A stretch of DNA of 28,088 nucleotides, taken from positions 1 to 28,088 of the forward strand of contig NJBI01000047.1 in the NCBI GenBank assembly GCA_005222975.1, given 5' to 3'. The translations under genes and the position numbers were made by a program. Positions 19,593 to 28,088 of the stretch are shown piece after piece (the first letter of the stretch is position 1; every line of letters begins with the position of its first letter). The DNA is from Promethearchaeota archaeon Loki_b31 (GTDB taxonomy: Archaea; Asgardarchaeota; Lokiarchaeia; Sigyniarchaeales; SOKP01). Below the pieces are notes generated by a model. It saw only the letters and a program-made list of their open reading frames with translations. It ran no database searches and was not told where the DNA came from.

Positions 19593-19672
19593 TATTCATA
19601 AAGTTAATTTGAGAAAATTCATTTTAATTACAATATACTTTTTTTTATTTGAAATTAATTAAAAGGTGATCA

Positions 19673-19948
19673 ATAATCGAAACACAACGTTGGAATCAAA
19701 AGCCTGTAGTAAATTCTTTAATCGATATTCTGATTAAAAATAAAGGAGAAGTACTAAATAAACGATTGGAAGAATTACTTAAAAAGGAATTCCCTTACAT
19801 TAACCCATTGATGTTAGAAGAATTATTGATGAAATTAGAAAGCCGAAATATTATTAATGTCTTCCGAGTCTCAAAAACCAAAAAGATGATTGTGCTTAAC
19901 AAAAAATCTCAAAGAATTAGAGAAGAAATTCTGAAAGGCTTAAATTGA
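19673..19948 (+). CDS. Small probable winged-helix protein
   Basis: The frame is open upstream of the called start at 19766 (IIETQRWNQKPVVNSLIDILIKNKGE...LMKLESRNIINV). AGGTGA at 19664-19669 precedes ATA/ATC. Confidence 0.65.
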   Translation: MIETQRWNQKPVVNSLIDILIKNKGEVLNKRLEELLKKEFPYINPLMLEELLMKLESRNIINVFRVSKTKKMIVLNKKSQRIREEILKGLN

Positions 19949-21466
19949 TTGGAATTTTTTCCAATTTAAACACACTTGAGCTAAAGATATATTTTCAATT
20001 TGAGATATAAATTTTCTCTCCCTTATTTTTAAAAATATAGGATAGTTTACAGCATTCCCCATCAATAACATTTCACCTACTCCTAAACTTGAAATCATAT
20101 CAGCGTATTCTTTAGTGATAGCTTCTGAACTATCCATTAAATGCTTTAAATCGTATGGGTTCTTAATATTTAGAATTAACTTTGAGTTAATTTGAGATAA
20201 AGCCGTTGTGCTTAACTTTTTTGGTCTTTGGCTTATTAAACATAAACATGCCATGAATTTCCTTCCCTCCCTGGCGACGGTTTCAATTATATATTTAGAT
20301 AGTGCCTTAGAATGAGCAGCTTCAGGACAGAATTGGTGAGCCTCTTCAATAATTAATAAAAAAGGGGGAATTTCATTCATTCTTCTTAGATAAAACAAAC
20401 GACTACAAATATAATCAACTATAATTTGTTTTTTACGAATCGAAATTTCGTTTTGAAGATTAAAAATAGTAATTTCTCCTTGATTTATGACTTTTTTTAA
20501 AATTGGATTTTCTTGCGAGCCAAAAAGGGTTAAATGTTCTAATTCAGAAAGCCATCCTACTAAAGCTTGCTTTGTACTTTTATTACCATCAGTTTCTTTT
20601 TCAATTTCATCTATAATGTTATTTAGATTATATTTATTCTTTAAATCTTTATTTTTTCTTAACATTTTAATGTACTTAGATAATTCTCTTATTTGTACAT
20701 TAGATATTTGCTCTTGGTATTTTTTAAAAGAATAAGCACTCAATCTAGGTACAGAAATTTGAAAATATGAAGTGTCTATAACTTTAACTTTATTTTCTAT
20801 TGTAGAACTTGCATTTAGATATTTGTATTCTCCATGGACATCAATCATTATAATTGCGGGCGTTCCAAAAGTTTTATTTCTTGTTAATAATTCTTCAATA
20901 ATAATAGAAGTAAGATAACTTTTACCACCTCCAGATATTGAAAGAATGGCAAGGTGTTTATTCAATAATCGATTCATGTCTATATAAACATCGATATTTG
21001 ATACCTTTAATTTTCCTAAATTTAAACCATGCACTTTATCAAAGCCTATAAAATTATTGAGAATGTCTTCTTCTACCAAATAAACTTCTTTACCGGGACT
21101 TGCAGGATACATCATCCTTGCTATTAATCTAATTTCTTCTTCGCTATCATCTTTAAACTCTATAATCCCTAAATTCCTAACGATAGCAATAGCATATTCA
21201 AAATCATCACTAGGAAATAGCCCTTTGAGAATATTGGGATTGCTTTCGCTGTTATAAGATTTAATTGTTAAGGCATCCGAGAAATATTCGTTTACTAAAA
21301 CAATTTTCTCAATTATGCCGATTAAATAACCCTCAATTGTTCTAGTGGATACAAACAATCCCTTTTTAACAATTATATGGTCTTTTCGTTTGTTAATTAC
21401 GAATGGGTACTTAGAAACATCAGGTAATTGAAGAAAATTAAAAACAATACCAACCTTAAAGGACAT
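19940..21466 (-). CDS. HerA/FtsK-like ATPase (DUF87)
   Basis: KHLAILSISGGGKS Walker A, IDVHGEY, IIEEAHQF Walker B, AREGRKF and SQRP motifs. Confidence 0.92.
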   Translation of the reverse strand: MSFKVGIVFNFLQLPDVSKYPFVINKRKDHIIVKKGLFVSTRTIEGYLIGIIEKIVLVNEYFSDALTIKSYNSESNPNILKGLFPSDDFEYAIAIVRNLGIIEFKDDSEEEIRLIARMMYPASPGKEVYLVEEDILNNFIGFDKVHGLNLGKLKVSNIDVYIDMNRLLNKHLAILSISGGGKSYLTSIIIEELLTRNKTFGTPAIIMIDVHGEYKYLNASSTIENKVKVIDTSYFQISVPRLSAYSFKKYQEQISNVQIRELSKYIKMLRKNKDLKNKYNLNNIIDEIEKETDGNKSTKQALVGWLSELEHLTLFGSQENPILKKVINQGEITIFNLQNEISIRKKQIIVDYICSRLFYLRRMNEIPPFLLIIEEAHQFCPEAAHSKALSKYIIETVAREGRKFMACLCLISQRPKKLSTTALSQINSKLILNIKNPYDLKHLMDSSEAITKEYADMISSLGVGEMLLMGNAVNYPIFLKIRERKFISQIENISLAQVCLNWKKFQSI

Positions 21467-21581
21467 TGATTTTAGATATGACGCTTAATTAATAAAAATA
21501 GGATAAGAGAGAGAATTTACTGATTTGATTGAAATAAAAATTTAAAATAAAAAATAAGTAGTAAAAAAAATTTGGATTATA

Positions 21582-22187
21582 TTATTTTTCTAAAACGCCC
21601 ATTATTTTTAATATAAGATAATAGCCATTCTTCCAAAAATAGATTAAAAACAATGTGACGGCTAAAACTGCAAATACCGAAACTCCTGTAAATAAAATCC
21701 AATTACCTGATGAAAATGGAGAAAATAATGTAAACAATCCCGAAAAGGGCGAAGTACTACTAGAACCCCCTAATATCTCTTGAATTACAGCTATCATAAT
21801 TCCAATAATAATTGCCATTAAACTTAATAGCAAACCTCCAGCTGCGATTTTAACGTCCAAACGATTTTTATACCTTTCTTCAATTTCTTTTAAATTAAAA
21901 ATAAACGACAAAACCCATTTTCTTCCTTTCTTGAATAACCCAAAGAAAAATATTAAAAGAAAGAACAGTCCTGCTAAAATTCCAGCGATTATTGCGATTT
22001 GGTATCCTAAATTAAGGAATAAAAAAGTTTCAAATTTTCCAGTTGGCATTACAAAGTCAAATATTGACCAAATACCTCCTGTAATTGTAATTAAACACGC
22101 AATAACAATAAAAATATAAAATAATTCTCCTATTGCCCTTTGTTTTGAAGTAAAATTACTTTTATAATCAATATTTGATTCTTCCAT
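21582..22187 (-). CDS. 4-TM membrane protein with apparent internal duplication
   Basis: Four hydrophobic segments in two similar halves; ATG start at 22187 preferred. Confidence 0.78.
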   Translation of the reverse strand: MEESNIDYKSNFTSKQRAIGELFYIFIVIACLITITGGIWSIFDFVMPTGKFETFLFLNLGYQIAIIAGILAGLFFLLIFFFGLFKKGRKWVLSFIFNLKEIEERYKNRLDVKIAAGGLLLSLMAIIIGIMIAVIQEILGGSSSTSPFSGLFTLFSPFSSGNWILFTGVSVFAVLAVTLFLIYFWKNGYYLILKIMGVLEK

Positions 22188-22297
22188 TTTTTTCACTAAT
22201 CTATTTTATTTAAAAAATTTATAATAATCTAAATATATAAAATTGTTTATTGTTGCTTGATTTTAGAGAAGATATATAATATAAAAAAGTATAAGAT

Positions 22298-23866
22298 TTA
22301 ATCTGATTTTTTATTTTGAAGCGTATTGATGTAAGTTTTGTAAAATTTTTTCTCGTTTAAAAGCTTGTATAAATCATTCGATAATTGGTAAATATCTTGA
22401 TAAAACTCATGTCGGTTTAAATCAGGATTCCATTTATTATCTACTTTACACACATTTTCGGCAGCTTTAGCGATATCTGAAAACAATCCCGCTCCCGTAG
22501 CCGCTAATATTGCCGCTCCCAACGATGTAGCCTCTTCAATAACATTTCTGACGCATGTGACACCTAATACATCGGAATAAATTTGATTCCAAAAATCTGA
22601 GCGAGAACCCCCTCCAGTTAGCCTTAATTCTTTTGTTTCAATCCCTAGCTTTCTAAAAACTTCAATATTCTTTTTAACTTCAAATGCTACTCCTTCAAGA
22701 ATCGCTCTAACGATATCTCTTCTTTTATGACCTAAAGATAAACCATAAATTATACCTCTCGCATACGGATTCCAATGTGGTGCTCCAGCACCAACTAAGT
22801 GGGGGATTGCTAATAACCCATTAGCACCAATAGGAGATTTTTCAGCTTCTTCCGTTAGAATTATGTAAGGATCTTGATTTTGTTCTTCAGCTAATATGCT
22901 TTCTTCTTTTCCGAGTTGGTCCCTAAACCACCTTAGAAAAGCCCCACTCGTAAAAATACTCGCTTCTTGGATCCAAGCACCCGGGATTGCGTGACAACTA
23001 CATAGTACTCGCTTTTGGGGATCAAAATTGGGTTTTTCCAAATAAGCTAAAATAAAACTTCCAGTTCCGGTCGTTAATTTTATTCTCCCCGGAGAGACAA
23101 CGCCCACTCCTAGGGCTGCTGCTTGTTGATCCCCGGCACCTGTAATAACCAAGGTTTTTTTATCGAATAAAGTCTCTTCTGTAACGATCTCCCCTATATC
23201 AACTCCGCTTTCAATGGCATCTGGCATTTTATCCAAATCTATTTCTAACTCGGAAGCAATATCTTCTGAATATTTGAGTTTATTTATATCAAATAACATT
23301 GTTCTACTTAAATTACTAAAATCACTAACGAATTTCCCTGTTAGTTTATAGATTATGAAATCTGAAACTAGCAAGAATTTGTGCGTTTTCTGATATATAT
23401 CTGGCTTTTCATCTTTAAACCAAAGAATCTTTGTAGCTGAAAAATACGGATCTATTGTTAAACCTGTAGTGCTATAAATTTTATCTATTCCTATTTTATT
23501 TTTTATAAAGTCTACTTGTTCAGTTGTCCGTCTATCTTGCCAAACTAATGCGTTATGTAATGGCGCCCCTTCTTTATCAACAGGTACGATTGTTTCTCTT
23601 TGACCTTCCAGAAATTAATTTTCTGAAATTTGGTTGGTAATTGAGCAACTTACAATCTCGCTTTTATCTACCCCGCTCTTCTTTACTGCTCGCTCAATCG
23701 TACTTTTAATTGATTTCCACCACACATTAGCATCCTGCTCCACATAAGACGGAGTAGGGTAAAAACTTTCCCATTCTTTATAATCGCTTGCGATTATGGT
23801 TCCAGCTAAATCAAAAATAAATGTTCTACAACCAGTTGTTCCTAAATCTAATGCAGCAACAAACAT
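22298..23866 (-). CDS. FGGY-family kinase (glycerol/xylulose kinase-like), two exons: 23866-23630 and 23599-22298, about 512 aa spliced
   Basis: Exon 1 is MFVAALDLGTTGCR...VEQD...SITNQ. Exon 2 is RETIVPVD...VWQDRR...DPYFSATKILW...SRTMLFD...GDQQAAALG...TGTG...GAPHW...GGGSRS. Both are in the same frame, separated by a 30-nt insert containing TAA. Confidence 0.92.
23600..23629 (-). other. Putative archaeal BHB/BHL-type mRNA intron (30 nt)
   Basis: Insert AUUUCAGAAAAUUAAUUUCUGGAAGGUCAA has a 9-bp stem, a central helix AACC/GGUC and two AAA bulges. Excision restores AAC CAA AGA GAA (NQRE). Confidence 0.8.
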
Positions 23867-23913
23867 AATACACACAATATTTTTTATATAACATATCATA
23901 AAATAATGTTGAT

Positions 23914-24501
23914 TTATTTAATATAATTAGTAAAAAAAGAATTCACTTCATTTTTTATAAAATCTTTAATTCTATTCGGTCTGTTCATTTTCGGGCAGAT
24001 CCAATATGGAAATTCAAAAAGGATAATTCCATTATGATAGAGAAGATAGATTTTAAGAAGATCATTAATTACACCATTTAAAAACGAATCTAGTTGGTTA
24101 ATATTTTTATTAAAATAATTCGGAAAAGTATAATGCTGAATTCCATTATATTCGAATGTTATCCATATAAAATTTTCGCTATGATAATTAAAGGGGATAT
24201 TAACTTCACGATCAAGAAGAAAAATTTTATTATTTTTAATCAAAATCTTGATATAACCAATAGGGAACTGAACTTTTATTACTTTCGAATCAGATTCCAT
24301 TAAATTATCTTTTATTCTATCAATAATCTTCTGAATTTGAAAAGAATTGAAATCATCTATAATATATAAAAACTCGTCAATATCTCTTGATATATCAATA
24401 TCTCTCCTTAACTTATGTCGGAAAGCATTAATTATACATTTTTTTTGTAAAAAAATTTTAACAGCACCATCTGAATGTGCTCGTTGTATGTATTCATCTA
24501 T
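23914..24501 (-). CDS. Hypothetical protein (start uncertain)
   Basis: Called ORF is 23914-24300, but the frame stays open upstream to 24516 (...IDEYIQRAHSDGAVKIFLQ...) with no NTG codon. Confidence 0.5.
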   Translation of the reverse strand: MDEYIQRAHSDGAVKIFLQKKCIINAFRHKLRRDIDISRDIDEFLYIIDDFNSFQIQKIIDRIKDNLMESDSKVIKVQFPIGYIKILIKNNKIFLLDREVNIPFNYHSENFIWITFEYNGIQHYTFPNYFNKNINQLDSFLNGVINDLLKIYLLYHNGIILFEFPYWICPKMNRPNRIKDFIKNEVNSFFTNYIK

Positions 24502-24642
24502 ATATAAAGGAAAATTTTAAGTATCGAATTTTTTCTTTATAAGTTATTATAAGTTATAAGTTAGACTCCAGAACACACTCCCACCAACTTACTTCGCATT
24601 TCCTCAAATTAAACTATTGATATCGCTTATTTGAGTTAAATT

Positions 24643-27027
24643 TTAGAATTTTTTCATTTTTTTTAAAAGTGATATTATTGCTATTGAGAAAATTCCTAAA
24701 AGCATGATAGATATATTATATCCGGGGATTCCGGGGGTTCCAGGTTGAGATGGAATGCTTTTTATAACAATTACACTTTCAATCCCTATATTTCCCGCTC
24801 CATCTTCAGCATAAAATGTAATAGAAATCTCTCCCTGAGGAATACTATCCCATATCCCTTGATTTATTGTGCCAGTTAGACCAGTAAATGAAAAAGTTCC
24901 TGCAACACCTTCTAATGTATACCAAGTTGAGACTAAATTCTCTTCAATAATTGAAATATTAAACTCTGGGGATGTACTCCCGAATATATCATCTTGAATT
25001 GGGGAATTTATCGCAATATTTGGAGCAGTTGTATCTTTTATAACATTTACATCTTCAAATCCTAAATTTCCTAATGAATCATTTGCATAAAACCTTATCG
25101 TTAAGACTCCATCTTCCTTTTGCCCCCATCCTAATTGATTAATAAAGCCTGTTAATCCTGAAAAAGTATAATTTGCTAATCCTCCATCTATTGTATACCA
25201 AGTGGCATTTATTGGAGAAAGATCATTAATTGTAATATTAAAATCGGGGGCGTTAAATCCAAATATTTCGTTCAAAGTTGGTGAAATAATTGCTATCTGT
25301 GGTGTATCATAAGATTTTATCACTTGTACAGTTTCAGAGCCAACGTATCCCTTTGAATCATTCACAAAGAAAGTTAATACTATTTGTCCGGCTCCTTTTT
25401 CATTCCATTCTTCTTTATCGATTACACCATTCAACCCAGTAAATGTAATATTTGTGATTCCATTATCTAAAGTATACCAAGAGTTATTTACATTTCCTTG
25501 ACTTACTGAAATATTAAAAGTGGGACTTAATTCAAATGTATCGTCTTCATTTGGAGAGTTAATTAATATCTGCGGTGAATCCCACCAAATTGGTAAAAAA
25601 TCATATGATCCGCCCAAAATAGCATATGGCGTATCACCAACTCCATCATCGTTCGCATCCACACCTGCGTAAGATGACCAATAATTTCCAATAGAAGAAC
25701 TATTCCATTTATTATTACTACCCAAATCTCTTCCCGGGTTAAATAATGAACTAATAAAATAATTTGCAAAAATCAAATTATTATTTCCACTATAACTAAT
25801 ATAAATTTCAGCGCCATAAGGACCACCTGCATCATCCCTAAAAATATTATTTGAAATATTGTTAAAATTTGATCCGATTCGAACACCATAAGCACCATTA
25901 TCATGAATTTTATTATTTGATATATTGTTAAAATTTGATGATCCGATAATAACACCAGAACCACCATTATTATGTATTTTATTATTTAATATCTTATTAT
26001 AGTCTGTTGTTGCATATACTTCATTTAGGAATAAACCAGAACCAGTATTAAAACTAATTGTATTGTTCAATAATATTATATATCTACTACTTTCAATAAT
26101 AACACCATGATCTCCGTTATTATCACCATTATATGATACTATATTACCTATTACTTCATTATAAAAACCACCTACCAAATACATTGCAGTATCTCCCCCG
26201 TATTTTAGTGTATTGTTTACGATTTTAACGTTATCAGAATTTATTACGTACAATCCATATGCTCCACTTTTACTCCCATTGATTATATTTCTAAAGATCT
26301 TCGAATCGTGGCTATCACCTATCCTTATCCCATATAAGTTTTCTTTTAATATATTATCAGTAATAGTATGATTAACACCTGCAAGATATAATCCATAAGT
26401 ATTTGATATCATCGTATTATTGTAAATTGTAATATTAGAATTGGTAAAGTAAGATTGTACTGCATAATTTCCATTCTTTATAATATTTTTAGAAACATTA
26501 TTATATTGACTGTTCGCATAAAAAAATATACCAATATTAAAACCACCAAGAATGGTATTATTCAGAATAAGGTTGTTATCTGAATTATCTAACCGAATGC
26601 CACTGTAATTATCGTATAGTGTGTTGTTCTCAATTAATCCATTCACAACACCAATCAAACTGATACCTGCATCTCCAAAACTTATTCCTGAATTCCAAAT
26701 TGTAGAATTTTTGATTTTAAAATATATATCTGAATTTTGAATAATAATACAGCTTCCTGACCCTCCTGCGTTAATGTTCAAATCGCTTATAACATAAGGG
26801 TCTGTAGAAGTTCCCTCGCCGGTGCAATTTCCTTCAGCTTTAAAGGTTGCCCAACCGTCATTACCAATTATATGAATCTTTGGTGAAATTTTACTAATTT
26901 TTGGATTTTCAACCATTAAGGTATCTGAATTAAAATTATCACGTAATTGCATATTGTTCACCAAGATTAAGCTTAGAAATATTATGAGTGTAAAAATTAA
27001 ATAAATATTGTTGCTATCTCTCCTCAA
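24643..27027 (-). CDS. Cell-surface protein: right-handed beta-helix (NosD/PbH1), three Ig-like repeats and a Loki-type C-terminal sorting tail
   Basis: N-terminal hydrophobic signal, GxGTxxDPYVI, Asn-rich I..N.I..N repeats, GNYWS.Y.G.D...DGVGDTPY, three ~88-aa repeats and IPGYNI+TM+KKMKKF. TTG start after AGGTGA. Confidence 0.88.
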   Translation of the reverse strand: MRRDSNNIYLIFTLIIFLSLILVNNMQLRDNFNSDTLMVENPKISKISPKIHIIGNDGWATFKAEGNCTGEGTSTDPYVISDLNINAGGSGSCIIIQNSDIYFKIKNSTIWNSGISFGDAGISLIGVVNGLIENNTLYDNYSGIRLDNSDNNLILNNTILGGFNIGIFFYANSQYNNVSKNIIKNGNYAVQSYFTNSNITIYNNTMISNTYGLYLAGVNHTITDNILKENLYGIRIGDSHDSKIFRNIINGSKSGAYGLYVINSDNVKIVNNTLKYGGDTAMYLVGGFYNEVIGNIVSYNGDNNGDHGVIIESSRYIILLNNTISFNTGSGLFLNEVYATTDYNKILNNKIHNNGGSGVIIGSSNFNNISNNKIHDNGAYGVRIGSNFNNISNNIFRDDAGGPYGAEIYISYSGNNNLIFANYFISSLFNPGRDLGSNNKWNSSSIGNYWSSYAGVDANDDGVGDTPYAILGGSYDFLPIWWDSPQILINSPNEDDTFELSPTFNISVSQGNVNNSWYTLDNGITNITFTGLNGVIDKEEWNEKGAGQIVLTFFVNDSKGYVGSETVQVIKSYDTPQIAIISPTLNEIFGFNAPDFNITINDLSPINATWYTIDGGLANYTFSGLTGFINQLGWGQKEDGVLTIRFYANDSLGNLGFEDVNVIKDTTAPNIAINSPIQDDIFGSTSPEFNISIIEENLVSTWYTLEGVAGTFSFTGLTGTINQGIWDSIPQGEISITFYAEDGAGNIGIESVIVIKSIPSQPGTPGIPGYNISIMLLGIFSIAIISLLKKMKKF
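24765..25580 (-). repeat. Three tandem ~88-aa Ig-like domain repeats
   Basis: P.I.I.SP...F....P.FNI.......WYT.......F.GL.G.I....W.......F...D..G..G...V.VIK occurs three times. Confidence 0.9.
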
Positions 27028-27165
27028 TTTAATCACCTAGGATTTTTAAGAAATCATAGTTAACATATCTTTTTAAATCTTCGGTTTTAACCTAACCTAA
27101 TATTATTTTTCCCTTTAATTACTTTCCTTTGTTCCTCTAATTGTATTTTACGATAGTTTTTAGTT

Positions 27166-27843
27166 TTATTTCACTTTTTTAAATCCACATCGTGGACACA
27201 TGAATCCAACTTTGTAATCATTTATCTCTGTTAATGGACCCTTACAAATTGGACATTTTACTTCAGATGTAGGGAACCATTGACCTTTTATGTTAGGTAT
27301 TTGCTTTAGGTCATTAATAAGTTTAAATTTTTCTAAAGCTTTTTTATCAATTTGAATTAATTGTTGTTCCTCAGCGATTGATTTACCTTTAGGTGCTAAA
27401 ACTATTAAAAATTTCATCTTTTTCGGATTATTTAGTAAAGATAAAGTTCGTAATATAGCTCCTTCTTTATATTGATTGAATAATTTACCTAATTCTGGAG
27501 GGGCTAAAGCTACTAATGTTGCCTGTGAGTCTTTAAATTCATTTTTCTCTTTTTGAATTAAGAATTGAAAAATTCTTCCTTCATAATCCATTGCCCATAT
27601 GAAATTCCAAGGCGCGATATCGTAATCTTCATTATTAGGGCCGGTAATTCTTTTAATACATTGAACCAATGAATAATGTTTGAAATTATACAATTTTGAA
27701 AGTAGGTCATCAAAGAATTCTGGTTCAATTACGGGAAATGTTTTGGTTATACTTTTAAGCGATAATAACTTGACTTCAGTTAGCAAATTTTTATTAAGAT
27801 TATCCCAAGGAGTATATGTAAAAACTGAAAAGAATTTATTCAT
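27166..27843 (-). CDS. Hypothetical protein with C-terminal Zn ribbon
   Basis: 225-aa ORF ending CPICKG...FMCPRCG. Confidence 0.82.
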   Translation of the reverse strand: MNKFFSVFTYTPWDNLNKNLLTEVKLLSLKSITKTFPVIEPEFFDDLLSKLYNFKHYSLVQCIKRITGPNNEDYDIAPWNFIWAMDYEGRIFQFLIQKEKNEFKDSQATLVALAPPELGKLFNQYKEGAILRTLSLLNNPKKMKFLIVLAPKGKSIAEEQQLIQIDKKALEKFKLINDLKQIPNIKGQWFPTSEVKCPICKGPLTEINDYKVGFMCPRCGFKKVK

Positions 27844-27974
27844 ATTCTTGTAAAAATGGTTATATTATTTATATTATATTCAGTATCTAAGGAAGTAATT
27901 TTTTTCTATTAATTTTTATTCTTTTCTGAACCGACATTATTCTCACCTTTTTGATACACCGTTGTTAATTTTCT

Positions 27975-28088
27975 TTACGCCTCGAGAAATAAATCAACTA
28001 AAGCGTCTTGGTTGTCTTGTAAGGTCCACTTTTGGCGTATCTTCCCTTTTTTACGACATTTTTTGAGCCACGCCTTGTTAATCTTCCA
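27975..28088 (-). CDS. 3' end of a gene running off the window
   Basis: Open frame WKINKAWLKKCRKKGKIRQKWTLQDNQDALVDLFLEA*. A second frame is also open for about 29 codons, so the frame is uncertain. Confidence 0.35.
   Translation of the reverse strand, partial: WKINKAWLKKCRKKGKIRQKWTLQDNQDALVDLFLEA

Noticed and set aside
23615-23617. Selenocysteine or pyrrolysine read-through
   Set aside because: The stop is UAA, and read-through would leave 10 extra residues in a conserved motif.
23597-23632. Insert as a MITE or transposon footprint (CAAA repeated at both junctions)
   Set aside because: Possible as an origin, but the inverted repeat is not terminal and the GGUC pairs with exon sequence, which fits BHB geometry better.
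22298-23899. Two separate genes, or a simple pseudogene
   Set aside because: Both parts are in one frame with no other lesions, and the insert has splice-motif geometry that restores the motif precisely. A pseudogene cannot be fully excluded without RNA data.
24765-25580. DNA-level repeats as a CRISPR array or DGR
   Set aside because: They are diverged in-frame protein domain repeats, with no spacer pattern and no reverse transcriptase nearby.
320-25967. Short ORFs nested in or antisense to larger genes (e.g. 320-517, 1664-1888, 2950-3315, 6653-7063, 20487-20735, 24094-24303, 25563-25967)
   Set aside because: They overlap better-supported genes and have shadow-like composition.
27950-28088. 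Possible transposase 3' end or IS terminus
   Set aside because: Too little sequence; no catalytic motif or matching inverted repeat in the window.

Overview
AT-rich archaeal chromosomal segment, most likely Asgard (Lokiarchaeia-like). This is inferred from a Loki-type C-terminal sorting tail (IPGY+TM+basic), a longin-like protein, a 7TM protein and a eukaryote-like eIF5A loop. It holds housekeeping genes (DinB, PAP phosphatase, AMMECR1, PyrC, TrmY-like, SRP54, eIF5A, NAD kinase, Nob1, FEN1, Cdc48, HerA-like ATPase), a sugar-phosphate cluster with two unusual fusions, a second FGGY kinase and a beta-helix/Ig-repeat surface protein. The top finding is in the FGGY kinase at 22298-23866 (-). Its conserved TNQ|RET motif is interrupted by a 30-nt, stop-containing insert (23600-23629) that folds into an archaeal bulge-helix-bulge/loop splicing motif. 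Cleavage at the canonical bulge positions restores the motif and frame exactly, so this is a candidate tRNA-endonuclease-type intron in an Asgard mRNA. Other oddities are a rearranged, palindromic dinB 5' end, a frameshifted phosphatase tail and several probable ATH (non-NTG) starts. No rRNA, tRNA or CRISPR array was recognised. All family assignments come from motif recognition; no searches were run.
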